Source: a virus (taxonomy: Duplodnaviria > Heunggongvirae > Uroviricota > Caudoviricetes). From it: a stretch of 60,235 nucleotides of DNA. Of this stretch, positions 32,281-40,823 are shown one piece after another. The stretch covers positions 1-60,235 of IMG/VR virus record IMGVR_UViG_3300045007_000064. The stretch is one strand, 5' to 3'. Every line of letters starts with the position of its first letter. Within the stretch, counting starts at the first letter, position 1. The position numbers and the translations under genes were made by a program. The notes under the pieces were generated by a model. That model saw only the letters and a list, made by a program, of their open reading frames with translations. It did not search any database and was not told the DNA's origin.

Positions 32281-32421
32281 TCAGAACGGAAGCGCAAGCA
32301 GCAGGGAGGTGATAGCTCCCAGGAAGCCACCGGCCCCGCCCGCCACGAGCGCGGGGCGCTGGCGGCGGTCGATGAGGTAGGTGACCCCGTAGGCCAGGAG
32401 GGCGAGGGGGATGGCGATCAT
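32281..32421 (-). CDS. 46-aa membrane protein (2 TM)
   Basis: ATGA overlap. Confidence 0.6.
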   Translation of the reverse strand: MIAIPLALLAYGVTYLIDRRQRPALVAGGAGGFLGAITSLLLALPF

Positions 32422-32729
32422 CTGTTGCTCCAGTCGTTCTCTTCGCGGATGAGTCTCCACACAGCGCGGAGTCCGACGACGGCTCCCACTATACCCCATC
32501 CGACACCAACAATCAAGAAGTTGGTGACCATGAAGGTGAAGCCCTCCGCCGCCTTCCCGTCTGCCGTCACAAGATCGAAGACATATCCCGACACCGCAGC
32601 GATGATGAACCACGCGAACGAAGCCACGGCAGGAATGATCATCGGCAACGCGAACTTACCGATGACCAGATTCCCGAACAGGTGGCTGCTGGATTCGTGA
32701 TGGATGAATCCCCGAGGCTTAATATCCAT
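32418..32729 (-). CDS. membrane protein, MEKP-family paralog 6
   Basis: MDIKPRGFIH...LVIGKFALP plus 2 TM. Confidence 0.8.
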   Translation of the reverse strand: MDIKPRGFIHHESSSHLFGNLVIGKFALPMIIPAVASFAWFIIAAVSGYVFDLVTADGKAAEGFTFMVTNFLIVGVGWGIVGAVVGLRAVWRLIREENDWSNR

Positions 32730-33033
32730 CGTAGTTATTCTCTTCGTTCGCGTTCTTGATGTCATCGATCATCCAGGACACGAGGGCGATCAGACCGGCG
32801 AGTGCAGAGACACCCACGAGGCCCAGAAAAGGCCACCCGACCAGTCCCCACCAGTTCGAGTCACCCGTCACGGCGTACATGGCCCCGGAGGCGATGATGA
32901 GCAGCAGGAAGATGAGGCCCACGAGGGCGATGAGCACGCGCGTCGGCATGACGAACTTGCCGATGGCGAACACCCCGGCTTCGTCATACTCTCTGGTCTG
33001 ACGGAAGTGGATGTAGGGGTAGGGCTTGTCCAC
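32719..33033 (-). CDS. membrane protein, MEKP-family paralog 5
   Basis: MDKPYPYIH...FAIGKFVMP plus 2 TM. Confidence 0.8.
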   Translation of the reverse strand: MDKPYPYIHFRQTREYDEAGVFAIGKFVMPTRVLIALVGLIFLLLIIASGAMYAVTGDSNWWGLVGWPFLGLVGVSALAGLIALVSWMIDDIKNANEENNYDGY

Positions 33034-33374
33034 TAGCGAACCTCCGGTCCGTTGATCTTGATTTCTCCGGCGATGTATGAGAAGAACCACACCACGAACC
33101 GGAGAATGAGGATGGTGAAGTAGAAGGCGAGAAGGCCCAGCAACGACCAGGCGGGCCACCACACAGTGCCGCCCGAGAAGAGAGCCAGGAGGACCTGGAG
33201 AATGGCCATGATCCCGACGTAGACAAAAACCAGAACCGCCACCGCCTCAGCACTGATCTGGAACCGACCCATGTGGTAGTACGTCTTGTAGATTTCATGG
33301 CGCTGGTAGGGGTAGTCATGCATCCGACCGGTACCTACACGACTCTTGTGGAAGAATCCCTTGGGCTTTTCCAT
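33033..33374 (-). CDS. membrane protein, MEKP-family paralog 4
   Basis: MEKPKGFFH...HMGRFQIS plus 2 TM. Confidence 0.8.
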   Translation of the reverse strand: MEKPKGFFHKSRVGTGRMHDYPYQRHEIYKTYYHMGRFQISAEAVAVLVFVYVGIMAILQVLLALFSGGTVWWPAWSLLGLLAFYFTILILRFVVWFFSYIAGEIKINGPEVR

Positions 33375-33676
33375 CAGTAGTTGCCTCCTTCGATCTGACG
33401 CTTCGCCTTCAGGATGTCATCCCTGAACTTGATCGCGATAGCCGCGAACAGCCAGAAGACGAAGAACAGACCGATCAACCCGAGGGGCACACCCGCCGCA
33501 AACAGGAAGGCGACGTTCTGCGTGGCGAATGCTGTGATGACCAGCAGGGCCGTCACGATGAGGAACGTGTTGATGATGATGTAGACGGGGATGACCGCCC
33601 GACCGACCATCAGCACCCCGAAGGCGCTGAAGGTTCGGGTCTTGGTGACCTCGATGAACTTGCGTGGCTTTTCCAT
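33374..33676 (-). CDS. membrane protein, MEKP-family paralog 3
   Basis: MEKPRKFIE...LMVGRAVIP plus 2 TM; leaderless promoter. Confidence 0.8.
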   Translation of the reverse strand: MEKPRKFIEVTKTRTFSAFGVLMVGRAVIPVYIIINTFLIVTALLVITAFATQNVAFLFAAGVPLGLIGLFFVFWLFAAIAIKFRDDILKAKRQIEGGNY

Positions 33677-33688
33677 GGTCTCAGCCTA

Positions 33689-34042
33689 TCAGTATCCGTC
33701 TCGGATGTCAAGGTCTCGCTGGGCGTTCTTGAAGTACGCCGCGATCCACCGAAAGAACTTCCCGGCCTGCGTGACCAGAACCACGACCCCGACCAGCACA
33801 AACGAAATACCGAGGAAGAACCACATCGGCATGAAGTCCCAGCCGTATGCCGCGCCGTCCGGATTGATGGGGTGTGTGAACGACCCGACCACCCCGTACC
33901 CAACGAAGCAGGCCAGGGCAATCAGCCAGGTCACGATGAAAACCGCGACAGGAATCTTCACTCGCCCGATGACGAGCAGTCCCGCCTCCCGGTGGTCCGG
34001 ATGGTTATTGGTCCAGTGAATGAACCCGCGAGGCTTCTCCAT
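33689..34042 (-). CDS. membrane protein, MEKP-family paralog 2
   Basis: MEKPRGFIH...LVIGRVKIP plus 2 TM. Confidence 0.8.
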   Translation of the reverse strand: MEKPRGFIHWTNNHPDHREAGLLVIGRVKIPVAVFIVTWLIALACFVGYGVVGSFTHPINPDGAAYGWDFMPMWFFLGISFVLVGVVVLVTQAGKFFRWIAAYFKNAQRDLDIRDGY

Positions 34043-34332
34043 CACAGGTCCTTTCTGTTGACATCCTTGTAGATGTCCGTGAGCACGAAGATTCCGAACG
34101 CCAACGCCACACTGGCGAGAGCCGCCAGGTACAGACCGAAGAACCAGCCGGGGTAGACCAAGAAGGAAGGGTCCTGCGTGTTGATAGCCGCAATGAGAAG
34201 GCCTACGGAGACAACACCACCGATGACCCACGCGATGCCGAAGAACAGCACCGGGATAGCCACACGGCCCACAACCAGAACGTCTCGTCCGGCCCGATGG
34301 TCACCGTGGATGAAAGGCTTGGGCTTTTCCAT
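34042..34332 (-). CDS. membrane protein, MEKP-family paralog 1
   Basis: MEKPKPFIH...LVVGRVAIP plus 2 TM. Confidence 0.8.
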   Translation of the reverse strand: MEKPKPFIHGDHRAGRDVLVVGRVAIPVLFFGIAWVIGGVVSVGLLIAAINTQDPSFLVYPGWFFGLYLAALASVALAFGIFVLTDIYKDVNRKDL

Positions 34333-34952
34333 CACGCCTCCGTTTCCAGAAGGATCGTGCTCGCGAGGCTCTTGGCGACATTCGCGGCGAGGTCTGCGTG
34401 CTTCTGCCAATACTCCTCGTTGTCGTATCCGTCCGCAAGCTCCTGCTCATGCCGCGCGTTGTCCTTGGCCCTATCGAGGGCGGCGAACTTCTCCTCCACC
34501 GTCATCTTCTCCCAGTAGTCCGGGAGCGGAAGGACGACCTCACCGGCCTGCCCCTCGTCGGAGTACCGCATGAAGCCGATAACCGCCCACGAGAGGTCCA
34601 CGATGCCGAACTGCGCCCAGCGGTCGTAGAACGCCGCCTTGTAGCCGACCTGGACGCGAGGAATCCCGCGCTCGTCCACGATGTTCGTGTACATGTCGTG
34701 GTCGGTCAGCTTCCGCGACCAGCCTTCGGGGAGGGTCACGGTGACGAACAGGTCATCACCCGGGACCGGCTCACCCTTGATGATACCCAGCGCCTCAGCC
34801 GCCTCCCAGTCTCCCTTAGCCGGGAGCTTGTCGGAGTTGGCGACCTGTCGCGCCCCCGCAGCCTCCATCTCGGTGATGTAGGTCTCGGAGCCGCCCATCA
34901 GACCGATCAGGTTCAGGAGGGGGTCGCGGTTGGAAGTGTTCTCGATTGCCAT
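34332..34952 (-). CDS. conserved hypothetical protein
   Basis: 206 aa; leaderless TTGACA-17-TAAGCT-6-ATG. Confidence 0.8.
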   Translation of the reverse strand: MAIENTSNRDPLLNLIGLMGGSETYITEMEAAGARQVANSDKLPAKGDWEAAEALGIIKGEPVPGDDLFVTVTLPEGWSRKLTDHDMYTNIVDERGIPRVQVGYKAAFYDRWAQFGIVDLSWAVIGFMRYSDEGQAGEVVLPLPDYWEKMTVEEKFAALDRAKDNARHEQELADGYDNEEYWQKHADLAANVAKSLASTILLETEA

Positions 34953-34961
34953 GTTCTCAGC

Positions 34962-35264
34962 TTATCCGTTCTGTCTCTGCGTGTCAAGGGGTGGGAGAGG
35001 AGTAATCTCCCAGTCGTCCGCGAGGTGCCAGTCGTTGTCGAAGTTCCAGTCCGGGTCCTCGAAGTCCTCGCCGTTTGGAATCTTCTCCACGGAAAAGATA
35101 CGAGGTCCGTGCATGGAATCGAGGAAGACATAGGACACGGTGATATCGAAGTCCCGAGGTCCCAGCCAATCCGACCGGAAGTCCTCCGGCGCGTGCAGAT
35201 GCACCCGGTCTCCTGGTTTCAGGTTCTCGATGAAGCCCAGATTCTCGAAGCCGTAGGCTCTCAT
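34962..35264 (-). CDS. hypothetical protein
   Basis: TAATG coupling. Confidence 0.75.
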   Translation of the reverse strand: MRAYGFENLGFIENLKPGDRVHLHAPEDFRSDWLGPRDFDITVSYVFLDSMHGPRIFSVEKIPNGEDFEDPDWNFDNDWHLADDWEITPLPPLDTQRQNG

Positions 35265-35713
35265 TACAGCTCAATCGCTCCGGAGGCGGTGTTCCGACCG
35301 TCCGTGATCGCAAGCTGCGACCGACGCCAGACGCGCTCCACGGCCTCGGTCTCTCGACGCTGCTCGCGCTCCGCCTTGGCGCGCTTCTCGATGGCAACCC
35401 GGATGTTGCGCCGGTTCCAGTAGCCGCCCTCCTGACGGTAGCCGAGGTAGACCTCGATGTACTGGTCATCGAAGTGATGACCATCCACCTCGGGGCGGTA
35501 GATGAGGGTGAGCTGGTACCAGGACTGGTCGTTGTGCCGACCGCCACGCATCGGACCCTTGATTCGGTCGAGCTTGCCCATGCCGTACAGGTCCAGGTGG
35601 AACTGGATGTACTCGCGCATGTCGAGCTGTTCGGCCTGCTTCTTGGCGATGCGCTCGGCACGCTTCTCGCGACGCTTCTTCCGCTTGTCGATGCTCTTGG
35701 TGTTCATAGCCAT
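35264..35713 (-). CDS. hypothetical protein
   Basis: leaderless TTGACA-17-TAAGTT-6-ATG. Confidence 0.8.
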   Translation of the reverse strand: MAMNTKSIDKRKKRREKRAERIAKKQAEQLDMREYIQFHLDLYGMGKLDRIKGPMRGGRHNDQSWYQLTLIYRPEVDGHHFDDQYIEVYLGYRQEGGYWNRRNIRVAIEKRAKAEREQRRETEAVERVWRRSQLAITDGRNTASGAIEL

Positions 35714-35744
35714 GTCTACAACTTACCCTTTCGTCTGGTAGATG

Positions 35745-36125
35745 TCAAGCTTCGGTGCAGTCTTTGCACGTGCAGTCTTCGAGGGCGGTGTGCTCGCTCG
35801 GCTCACCACCCCCGTACGGGTAGTGAGACAGGACAGCCTTCACCTCCCGCGAAGGCGAGGAGTCCAGCAGGAGGTGGAACTGCTCGTTCCACGCCTCCTC
35901 CGGAGTCTTATCCAGCTCACGGCGAATGTCCTCAGGGATTTCCGCACGCGCAGCCTCGATCATGAGCTGCTGAGGCGGACCCAGCACCATCCTCCGAGGC
36001 TCGGGGGCTTCGAGGTTGGGGTCCACATGGAACCGCCGACTGGTGATGCCGTTCCGGATCGCGAAGCCTACGCCGCCCAGAGTGGCGAAGCCGAAGCCTA
36101 CGATGAGGATGAGTTCGATGATCAT
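35745..36125 (-). CDS. membrane-anchored protein with a C-terminal H..C.C..C motif
   Basis: leaderless; N-terminal TM helix. Confidence 0.75.
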   Translation of the reverse strand: MIIELILIVGFGFATLGGVGFAIRNGITSRRFHVDPNLEAPEPRRMVLGPPQQLMIEAARAEIPEDIRRELDKTPEEAWNEQFHLLLDSSPSREVKAVLSHYPYGGGEPSEHTALEDCTCKDCTEA

Positions 36126-36155
36126 AAGACTAGCCTACACCTTTCTGGCGGCTTG

Positions 36156-36830
36156 TCAAGCCCACTTCTTGTGGCGGCGGTCGAGTTCCATCCAGTAGCG
36201 GACCTCGGCATCCCAGTCTACGCGCTCTTGCTTGCTAGAGAGGATCGGTCGGCGCGCCTGCTCCGCTACGAATTCCAGGTACGCATCAATGAGAGACCAC
36301 GCCTCAATGGACATGGGTCGGCTAGGCCGACGAGTCTCGATTGCGCGGATCGTCTTTACGCCTACGACACCATCCGCTACCAAGCCATAGGCGCGCTGGA
36401 TTTCCGCCACGAGAGCGGGATTGTCGAAGGAGATTTCCGAGGTGTCTGGGATGCGCTCGGCTTCCTTGACAACCTTCGCGCATTCCGGGCAGATGCACCC
36501 CTCCAGAGCCACACGATCTGGGGACTTCATCGAGATAAACTCGCCCCTCCAGGTCTCCACCTGATCGTACTCGCGGCCTGGGATTCGAGCGAGAACGGGG
36601 GTCTGCACTTCCAGAAGCAGAGCGTGGAAAGACCGCAGCCACCACGCCTCGTTCTGCTCAATCTCATCCCGCATTGCCTGGGAGAGAGTGGCTACAGCCT
36701 TGACAGGCTCCGGAGCGCTGCTGATCTTGCGCCGGTAGTTCGACCGGGTGATGAAGACGTGGACGATGCCGGTTATCGTGGCGGCGATGGCCCCAGAACC
36801 GAGAACGCCCGTGAGCAGAGCTTCGATCAC
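36156..36830 (-). CDS. membrane-anchored protein with a CxCxxC motif and a short PG-binding motif
   Basis: N-terminal TM helix; IQRAYGLVADGVVGVKTIRAI. Confidence 0.7.
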   Translation of the reverse strand: MIEALLTGVLGSGAIAATITGIVHVFITRSNYRRKISSAPEPVKAVATLSQAMRDEIEQNEAWWLRSFHALLLEVQTPVLARIPGREYDQVETWRGEFISMKSPDRVALEGCICPECAKVVKEAERIPDTSEISFDNPALVAEIQRAYGLVADGVVGVKTIRAIETRRPSRPMSIEAWSLIDAYLEFVAEQARRPILSSKQERVDWDAEVRYWMELDRRHKKWA

Positions 36831-37030
36831 TTCTGCACCGGCCTCATCTGCCAGAGGTCTGCCGGAAGCTTACTTTCCGGTACGAGGGACCCGTTCGCAT
36901 ACCACTGGCCGATATGCGTACGGATATAGACGACAACGCTCTCAGTGGAGCGGTACGCGTTCTCCTGGTAGTCCGCCATAGAGATGTAGAAGCCGACGTT
37001 CTGAGGCGCGGTGACCTTCTTACGAGGCAT
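36827..37030 (-). CDS. hypothetical protein
   Basis: coupled to its neighbours. Confidence 0.7.
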   Translation of the reverse strand: MPRKKVTAPQNVGFYISMADYQENAYRSTESVVVYIRTHIGQWYANGSLVPESKLPADLWQMRPVQK

Positions 37031-37172
37031 CGTCTCGCAGCCCCTTCAGAGCGGCCTTGGCGATAGCCTCAGACAGTCCCGACTCCATCACGAACCACTC
37101 ATCGTACTCATACTCGCCCATCGCGATGACGGAGTAGTTGCCATTGCTCTCTCGGAGGATTGCGTACTTCAT
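37020..37172 (-). CDS. 50-aa hypothetical protein (MKYAILRESNG...)
   Basis: ATGA overlap. Confidence 0.6.
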   Translation of the reverse strand: MKYAILRESNGNYSVIAMGEYEYDEWFVMESGLSEAIAKAALKGLRDDAS

Positions 37173-37336
37173 CGGCCCTGCTCCGTATCGTAGAGTCGAG
37201 CGAAGACCATCGCAGCTTCGAGCTTCACACGGGAGATACCCTCGTTGCTCAGGTAGATTTCTGCGTCCTTGACGGCCTCATCGGCAAGCTCGGTGGCCCG
37301 CTTCTTCAGCGCCGGGGTGAGGTAGGTCGTTGTCAT
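37169..37336 (-). CDS. 55-aa hypothetical protein (MTTTYLTPAL...)
   Basis: leaderless TTGACA-17-TAGGCT-6-ATG. Confidence 0.7.
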   Translation of the reverse strand: MTTTYLTPALKKRATELADEAVKDAEIYLSNEGISRVKLEAAMVFARLYDTEQGR

Positions 37337-37367
37337 GAGACCAGCCTAGCTCATTCAGATACGAGTG

Positions 37368-37982
37368 TCAAGCCCTGGCTGACTCGGCGGGGACCACGGA
37401 GCGAGCCATGGCCTGGAGGGTACGCATCGAGTGGATCACGTCATCCAGAGCGCGGTGCGCATTCTCGTTCTCGATATAGGGAACCGGGATGTTCACGCCG
37501 TTGAAGAACTGGATGACGGACGAGATATCCATGATCCGGTGATGCATCTGGAATCCGTACACGTCGGACTCGATCAGGTCGCGCCAGCCGTTGAACCGCA
37601 GGAACTCACGGTCGAAGCTAACGGAGTATCCGGCGAACTTGAACGGGATGAGGCCCGCGCCGTACATCTTGGCATCCGCAACGAAGGCCTCCACGATTTC
37701 GCTCATCGGCGTGGTCTCGACATCGGGTGCCAGAAGGTCCTGGAGGAGACGACTCGTGGAGTGCATATCCGTGAGGAATTCCGACTCCTCGATCTGCTGG
37801 ATCGCTTCCTGATAATCGTCGTCGCTCAGGCTAACAATGAAGCTCAGCGGATCAGAAATCTGCTGGAAGTATGCGTCCACGAACAGCCACGCAACTTCGA
37901 TGACATGGTTACCCTCCGGGTCGAGTCCGGTGGTTTCACAGTCGATGATTGCGTACCGGCAGTCGTCTCGGTGGCTTACCAT
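37368..37982 (-). CDS. orn: oligoribonuclease-like DEDDh exonuclease
   Basis: IDCETTGLDP, MH.TS.L, GYSVSFDREFL, HHRIMDISS, HRALDDV. Confidence 0.8.
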   Translation of the reverse strand: MVSHRDDCRYAIIDCETTGLDPEGNHVIEVAWLFVDAYFQQISDPLSFIVSLSDDDYQEAIQQIEESEFLTDMHSTSRLLQDLLAPDVETTPMSEIVEAFVADAKMYGAGLIPFKFAGYSVSFDREFLRFNGWRDLIESDVYGFQMHHRIMDISSVIQFFNGVNIPVPYIENENAHRALDDVIHSMRTLQAMARSVVPAESARA

Positions 37983-38233
37983 TATTCGATTCCTATCACT
38001 ACGGAGGTGTGCTTCACAGCCAAGCCTCCGTCTTCCGGCACCATCAGAAACATCTGACTGCCGACCTTCGGTTCGTTCATTGCTTCGACGGGAATCCACA
38101 TCCCGTCATCGTCTAGCTTTACTCTCTCTACTTCAGAGTGGGGGTCGATATCGTGCCGTTTGCGAAGGCGTCGGAACTTGCCACCATCCTTGGTGAACTC
38201 GTACACGGCTCCGCTTTCAGTCGTAACTCGCAT
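37982..38233 (-). CDS. hypothetical protein
   Basis: GGAGG RBS. Confidence 0.75.
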   Translation of the reverse strand: MRVTTESGAVYEFTKDGGKFRRLRKRHDIDPHSEVERVKLDDDGMWIPVEAMNEPKVGSQMFLMVPEDGGLAVKHTSVVIGIE

Positions 38234-38242
38234 CCTCCGAGT

Positions 38243-38440
38243 CTAGCCCACCAGCACCCCGGGTGCAAGTCCGAGGTAGGTGTTGACCGTGAACCAGACC
38301 GCCACGGCCAAGCACCCGAGGCAGAAGACGAAGCCTACCCAGTGACCGAACGTCTTCTCCTCGATGGCCCGAAGCAGGGACATGAATGCCGTGAAAGCGA
38401 TGACGAGGGTGAGAGCACCCATGAGGATTGCTACGGACAT
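38243..38440 (-). CDS. membrane protein (2 TM)
   Basis: hydrophobic; coupled. Confidence 0.7.
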   Translation of the reverse strand: MSVAILMGALTLVIAFTAFMSLLRAIEEKTFGHWVGFVFCLGCLAVAVWFTVNTYLGLAPGVLVG

Positions 38441-38703
38441 TATCGAGACTCCCTAATGGCGTCGTACCGACGACCGAGCTTGAACAGGTGATAGACGAAC
38501 GGGCTGCTGATCGCGATCAGGAGCAGCAGGAGGGCGGGCTGACTGAAGAACAGCAGCGCAGCCAAGTACCCCAGAAGGTAGAAGAACAGACCTCGGATCA
38601 CATACAAGATAACACCCGCCTCGGCGGCGCGATTGGCGAAGGGATACCAGGCAGCCTCGGAGAAGTCCTCCGAGTACCGGAAAAGACGCAGCGGCTCCAT
38701 CAC
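38440..38703 (-). CDS. membrane protein
   Basis: hydrophobic; coupled. Confidence 0.7.
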   Translation of the reverse strand: MMEPLRLFRYSEDFSEAAWYPFANRAAEAGVILYVIRGLFFYLLGYLAALLFFSQPALLLLLIAISSPFVYHLFKLGRRYDAIRESR

Positions 38704-38948
38704 AGCTCCTGCTTTGCGATGTACCGCTCACGCAGCTTGATCGCGTCTTGATCCGCCAGGTGCGCCTCGAAGTCATCTCGGGCGTTGATCGCCTTCGCCT
38801 TCCGGTTCTCCAGCTCGCGCATCTTCACCTTGTAGGTGCGCTCGTAGTTGGCTTCCTTGGTACGGGTGTTGGTGTAGTGGACGAGGACGCCCGCCGCGAT
38901 CAGAACAACGACGGCGGTAAGTCCCACGACAAACCATAGAGGTGCCAT
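38700..38948 (-). CDS. membrane-anchored coiled-coil protein
   Basis: N-terminal TM helix. Confidence 0.75.
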   Translation of the reverse strand: MAPLWFVVGLTAVVVLIAAGVLVHYTNTRTKEANYERTYKVKMRELENRKAKAINARDDFEAHLADQDAIKLRERYIAKQEL

Positions 38949-38949
38949 G

Positions 38950-39183
38950 TTACAGCCCCAATCTGTGCTTCAGTGCTTGGCCACGCTTCATGAGCGTGGT
39001 GAGATGGTGGTGCATCTCGTGGTCAGTGTAATCCGATTGCAGCTTACGTGCAACCTGTAGCTCGACATCGAAGTTCAGGAGGGAATCGATGTCAGGAACG
39101 CGGATGGCCTCCCATACGACATCGCACCCGGGGCAGTCCCCCGGGTACGACGCGCGAACAGCCGTGTGGTTGTGCGTGCTCAC
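38950..39183 (-). CDS. hypothetical protein (H.H...CPGC)
   Basis: GTGA overlap. Confidence 0.65.
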   Translation of the reverse strand: MSTHNHTAVRASYPGDCPGCDVVWEAIRVPDIDSLLNFDVELQVARKLQSDYTDHEMHHHLTTLMKRGQALKHRLGL

Positions 39184-39410
39184 GTGACCATCGCTCCTTG
39201 AGCGTAGCCCATCCAGATCGCCACGATCCAGCCGATTACGGCACCGATCACGAGAATCGTTGACGTATAGAGGAGGCGGCGGAAGACGATTCGCTCGTGA
39301 GTATCGAACGGATCGTTTACATCCCAGTAAACGGCGGTCACGATGGAGAACCCGATCCCGATCAGGAACGGGAAGATCATCGTCCACCCGAGTGCGCCTG
39401 CCACGTCCAT
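39180..39410 (-). CDS. membrane protein (2 TM)
   Basis: TAATG coupling. Confidence 0.7.
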   Translation of the reverse strand: MDVAGALGWTMIFPFLIGIGFSIVTAVYWDVNDPFDTHERIVFRRLLYTSTILVIGAVIGWIVAIWMGYAQGAMVT

Positions 39411-39811
39411 TACGCCACGGCCTTTCCGGTGCCTGCCCAGAGGATGAGGTTCTGATCCGCGCGCAGCCACGAGTTGCGGTGTCGCGTCTCGAAGGCGAAC
39501 TCCTTCTCCTCCACGAGAATGTCCAGGCTGTCCAGCGCCTCGTCGGCAGCCGCCTCGATCTTGCCGAGGACGTAGTTCTCGATGTCGGTGCCGGAGTAGC
39601 GCATGCCGTAGTAGCCCCGGGCGCGAGCACCCGCGGGCGTGCTGGCGCGGTGCTGGGTCCCGCGGTCGATGATGGTCGCGGGACGACCCTCCGCGGCGAT
39701 GATCGCGGCCAGGCCCTCCGCGACCCGAGAGTCGTCGGCCTGCGCGTCGATGACCCGCTCCGGAGAGTCGGCATCCGTGGTCTCGATGAGGTATCGCATC
39801 TTGTAGTTCAT
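39410..39811 (-). CDS. hypothetical protein
   Basis: leaderless TTGACG-18-TAGGCT-6-ATG. Confidence 0.8.
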   Translation of the reverse strand: MNYKMRYLIETTDADSPERVIDAQADDSRVAEGLAAIIAAEGRPATIIDRGTQHRASTPAGARARGYYGMRYSGTDIENYVLGKIEAAADEALDSLDILVEEKEFAFETRHRNSWLRADQNLILWAGTGKAVA

Positions 39812-39815
39812 GGTG

Positions 39816-40343
39816 TCAGCCTACCATAGACACGGGCTTGCCGTCAAGCATCGGCTTGAAGTCTCCCCAGTCGTATCGGCGGGCAATCTCCAGCGCCACC
39901 ATGGCGTCCTCACCGGCCTTGTGCGGGGTCACCGTCAGCCCCATGCGCTCTGCCATGGCGGCGATGCCGAGCTTGCCCTGCTTGCCGAACTCCCGGCGCG
40001 CGATCCGCAGCGTGTCGAACCAGGGGAAGTGGATTGGCTCCAGGTTCCACATCTCGAACCAGGCATAGAGCTGCTTCTGGTCGATCTTCGCGTCATGCGC
40101 CACGAGCACGGTGTCCGAGGGCAGGGCGAGAAGCCGCGAGTAGAGAGCATCCGGGTTCAGACCCAGGAGGGTCTTGGCGGGGGAGATGTGGTGCCAGCGC
40201 CCGCGCTCCTGCTCACCGCCCTTCTCGGGGTGCAGGCGCAGAACAGCCTGCTCCCAGGTCCCATCCTCGTAGGCGAAGCCGTACGCACAGAGGGAGCCGG
40301 GGATCGCGTTTGCCATCTCGAAGTCGATACCAACCAGGTTCAT
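39816..40343 (-). CDS. DnaQ-like (DEDDh) 3'-5' exonuclease
   Basis: IDFEMAN, VAHDAKID, WFDTLRIAR, HKAGEDA. Confidence 0.85.
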   Translation of the reverse strand: MNLVGIDFEMANAIPGSLCAYGFAYEDGTWEQAVLRLHPEKGGEQERGRWHHISPAKTLLGLNPDALYSRLLALPSDTVLVAHDAKIDQKQLYAWFEMWNLEPIHFPWFDTLRIARREFGKQGKLGIAAMAERMGLTVTPHKAGEDAMVALEIARRYDWGDFKPMLDGKPVSMVG

Positions 40344-40361
40344 ACCCCCAGCCTACACTAC

Positions 40362-40763
40362 TTACTCCGAAGGCGCAAGCTCCACGAGGCGAAGGGGCAG
40401 GAAGTCGTAGGGGAGGTCCTTATACCGGTACGAGCGACCCCCAGTGACGAGCCAGATGGCATCCTCAATACTGGAATCATCGTCCGAGACGTAAAGCTGA
40501 ACGTACATGTCACCGCTCTTGGTGGCATAGATGCCAGCCTGATCCGGGAGCTTCAGCTCTGCTCGTTCGGCAATTTCGATGTCGTACCCTCTCTGAATGA
40601 GACGAGACAGGGAGACCTCACCGGACCCCAGAATATCACTAAGCGCAGGTGTATTAGAGATGAACTTCACTCGGTCAATCAGCACCGTGTCGTTCAGGGT
40701 AAGCCGTACGAGGTCACCCGGCTGTAGCGAGTCGATGACCTTCTTGATGTTCTCGTATTTCAT
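40362..40763 (-). CDS. hypothetical protein
   Basis: GGAG RBS. Confidence 0.75.
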   Translation of the reverse strand: MKYENIKKVIDSLQPGDLVRLTLNDTVLIDRVKFISNTPALSDILGSGEVSLSRLIQRGYDIEIAERAELKLPDQAGIYATKSGDMYVQLYVSDDDSSIEDAIWLVTGGRSYRYKDLPYDFLPLRLVELAPSE

Positions 40764-40778
40764 GTTTTCTCCAAGACT

Positions 40779-40808
40779 AAACCCCCGACCATTTAGGCCG
40801 GGGGCTTA
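40779..40808 (-). terminator. terminator after the surface protein gene
   Basis: CCCCCGG/TCGGGGG stem followed by TTT. Confidence 0.7.
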
Positions 40809-40823
40809 GTTTAGCAGACGCTA

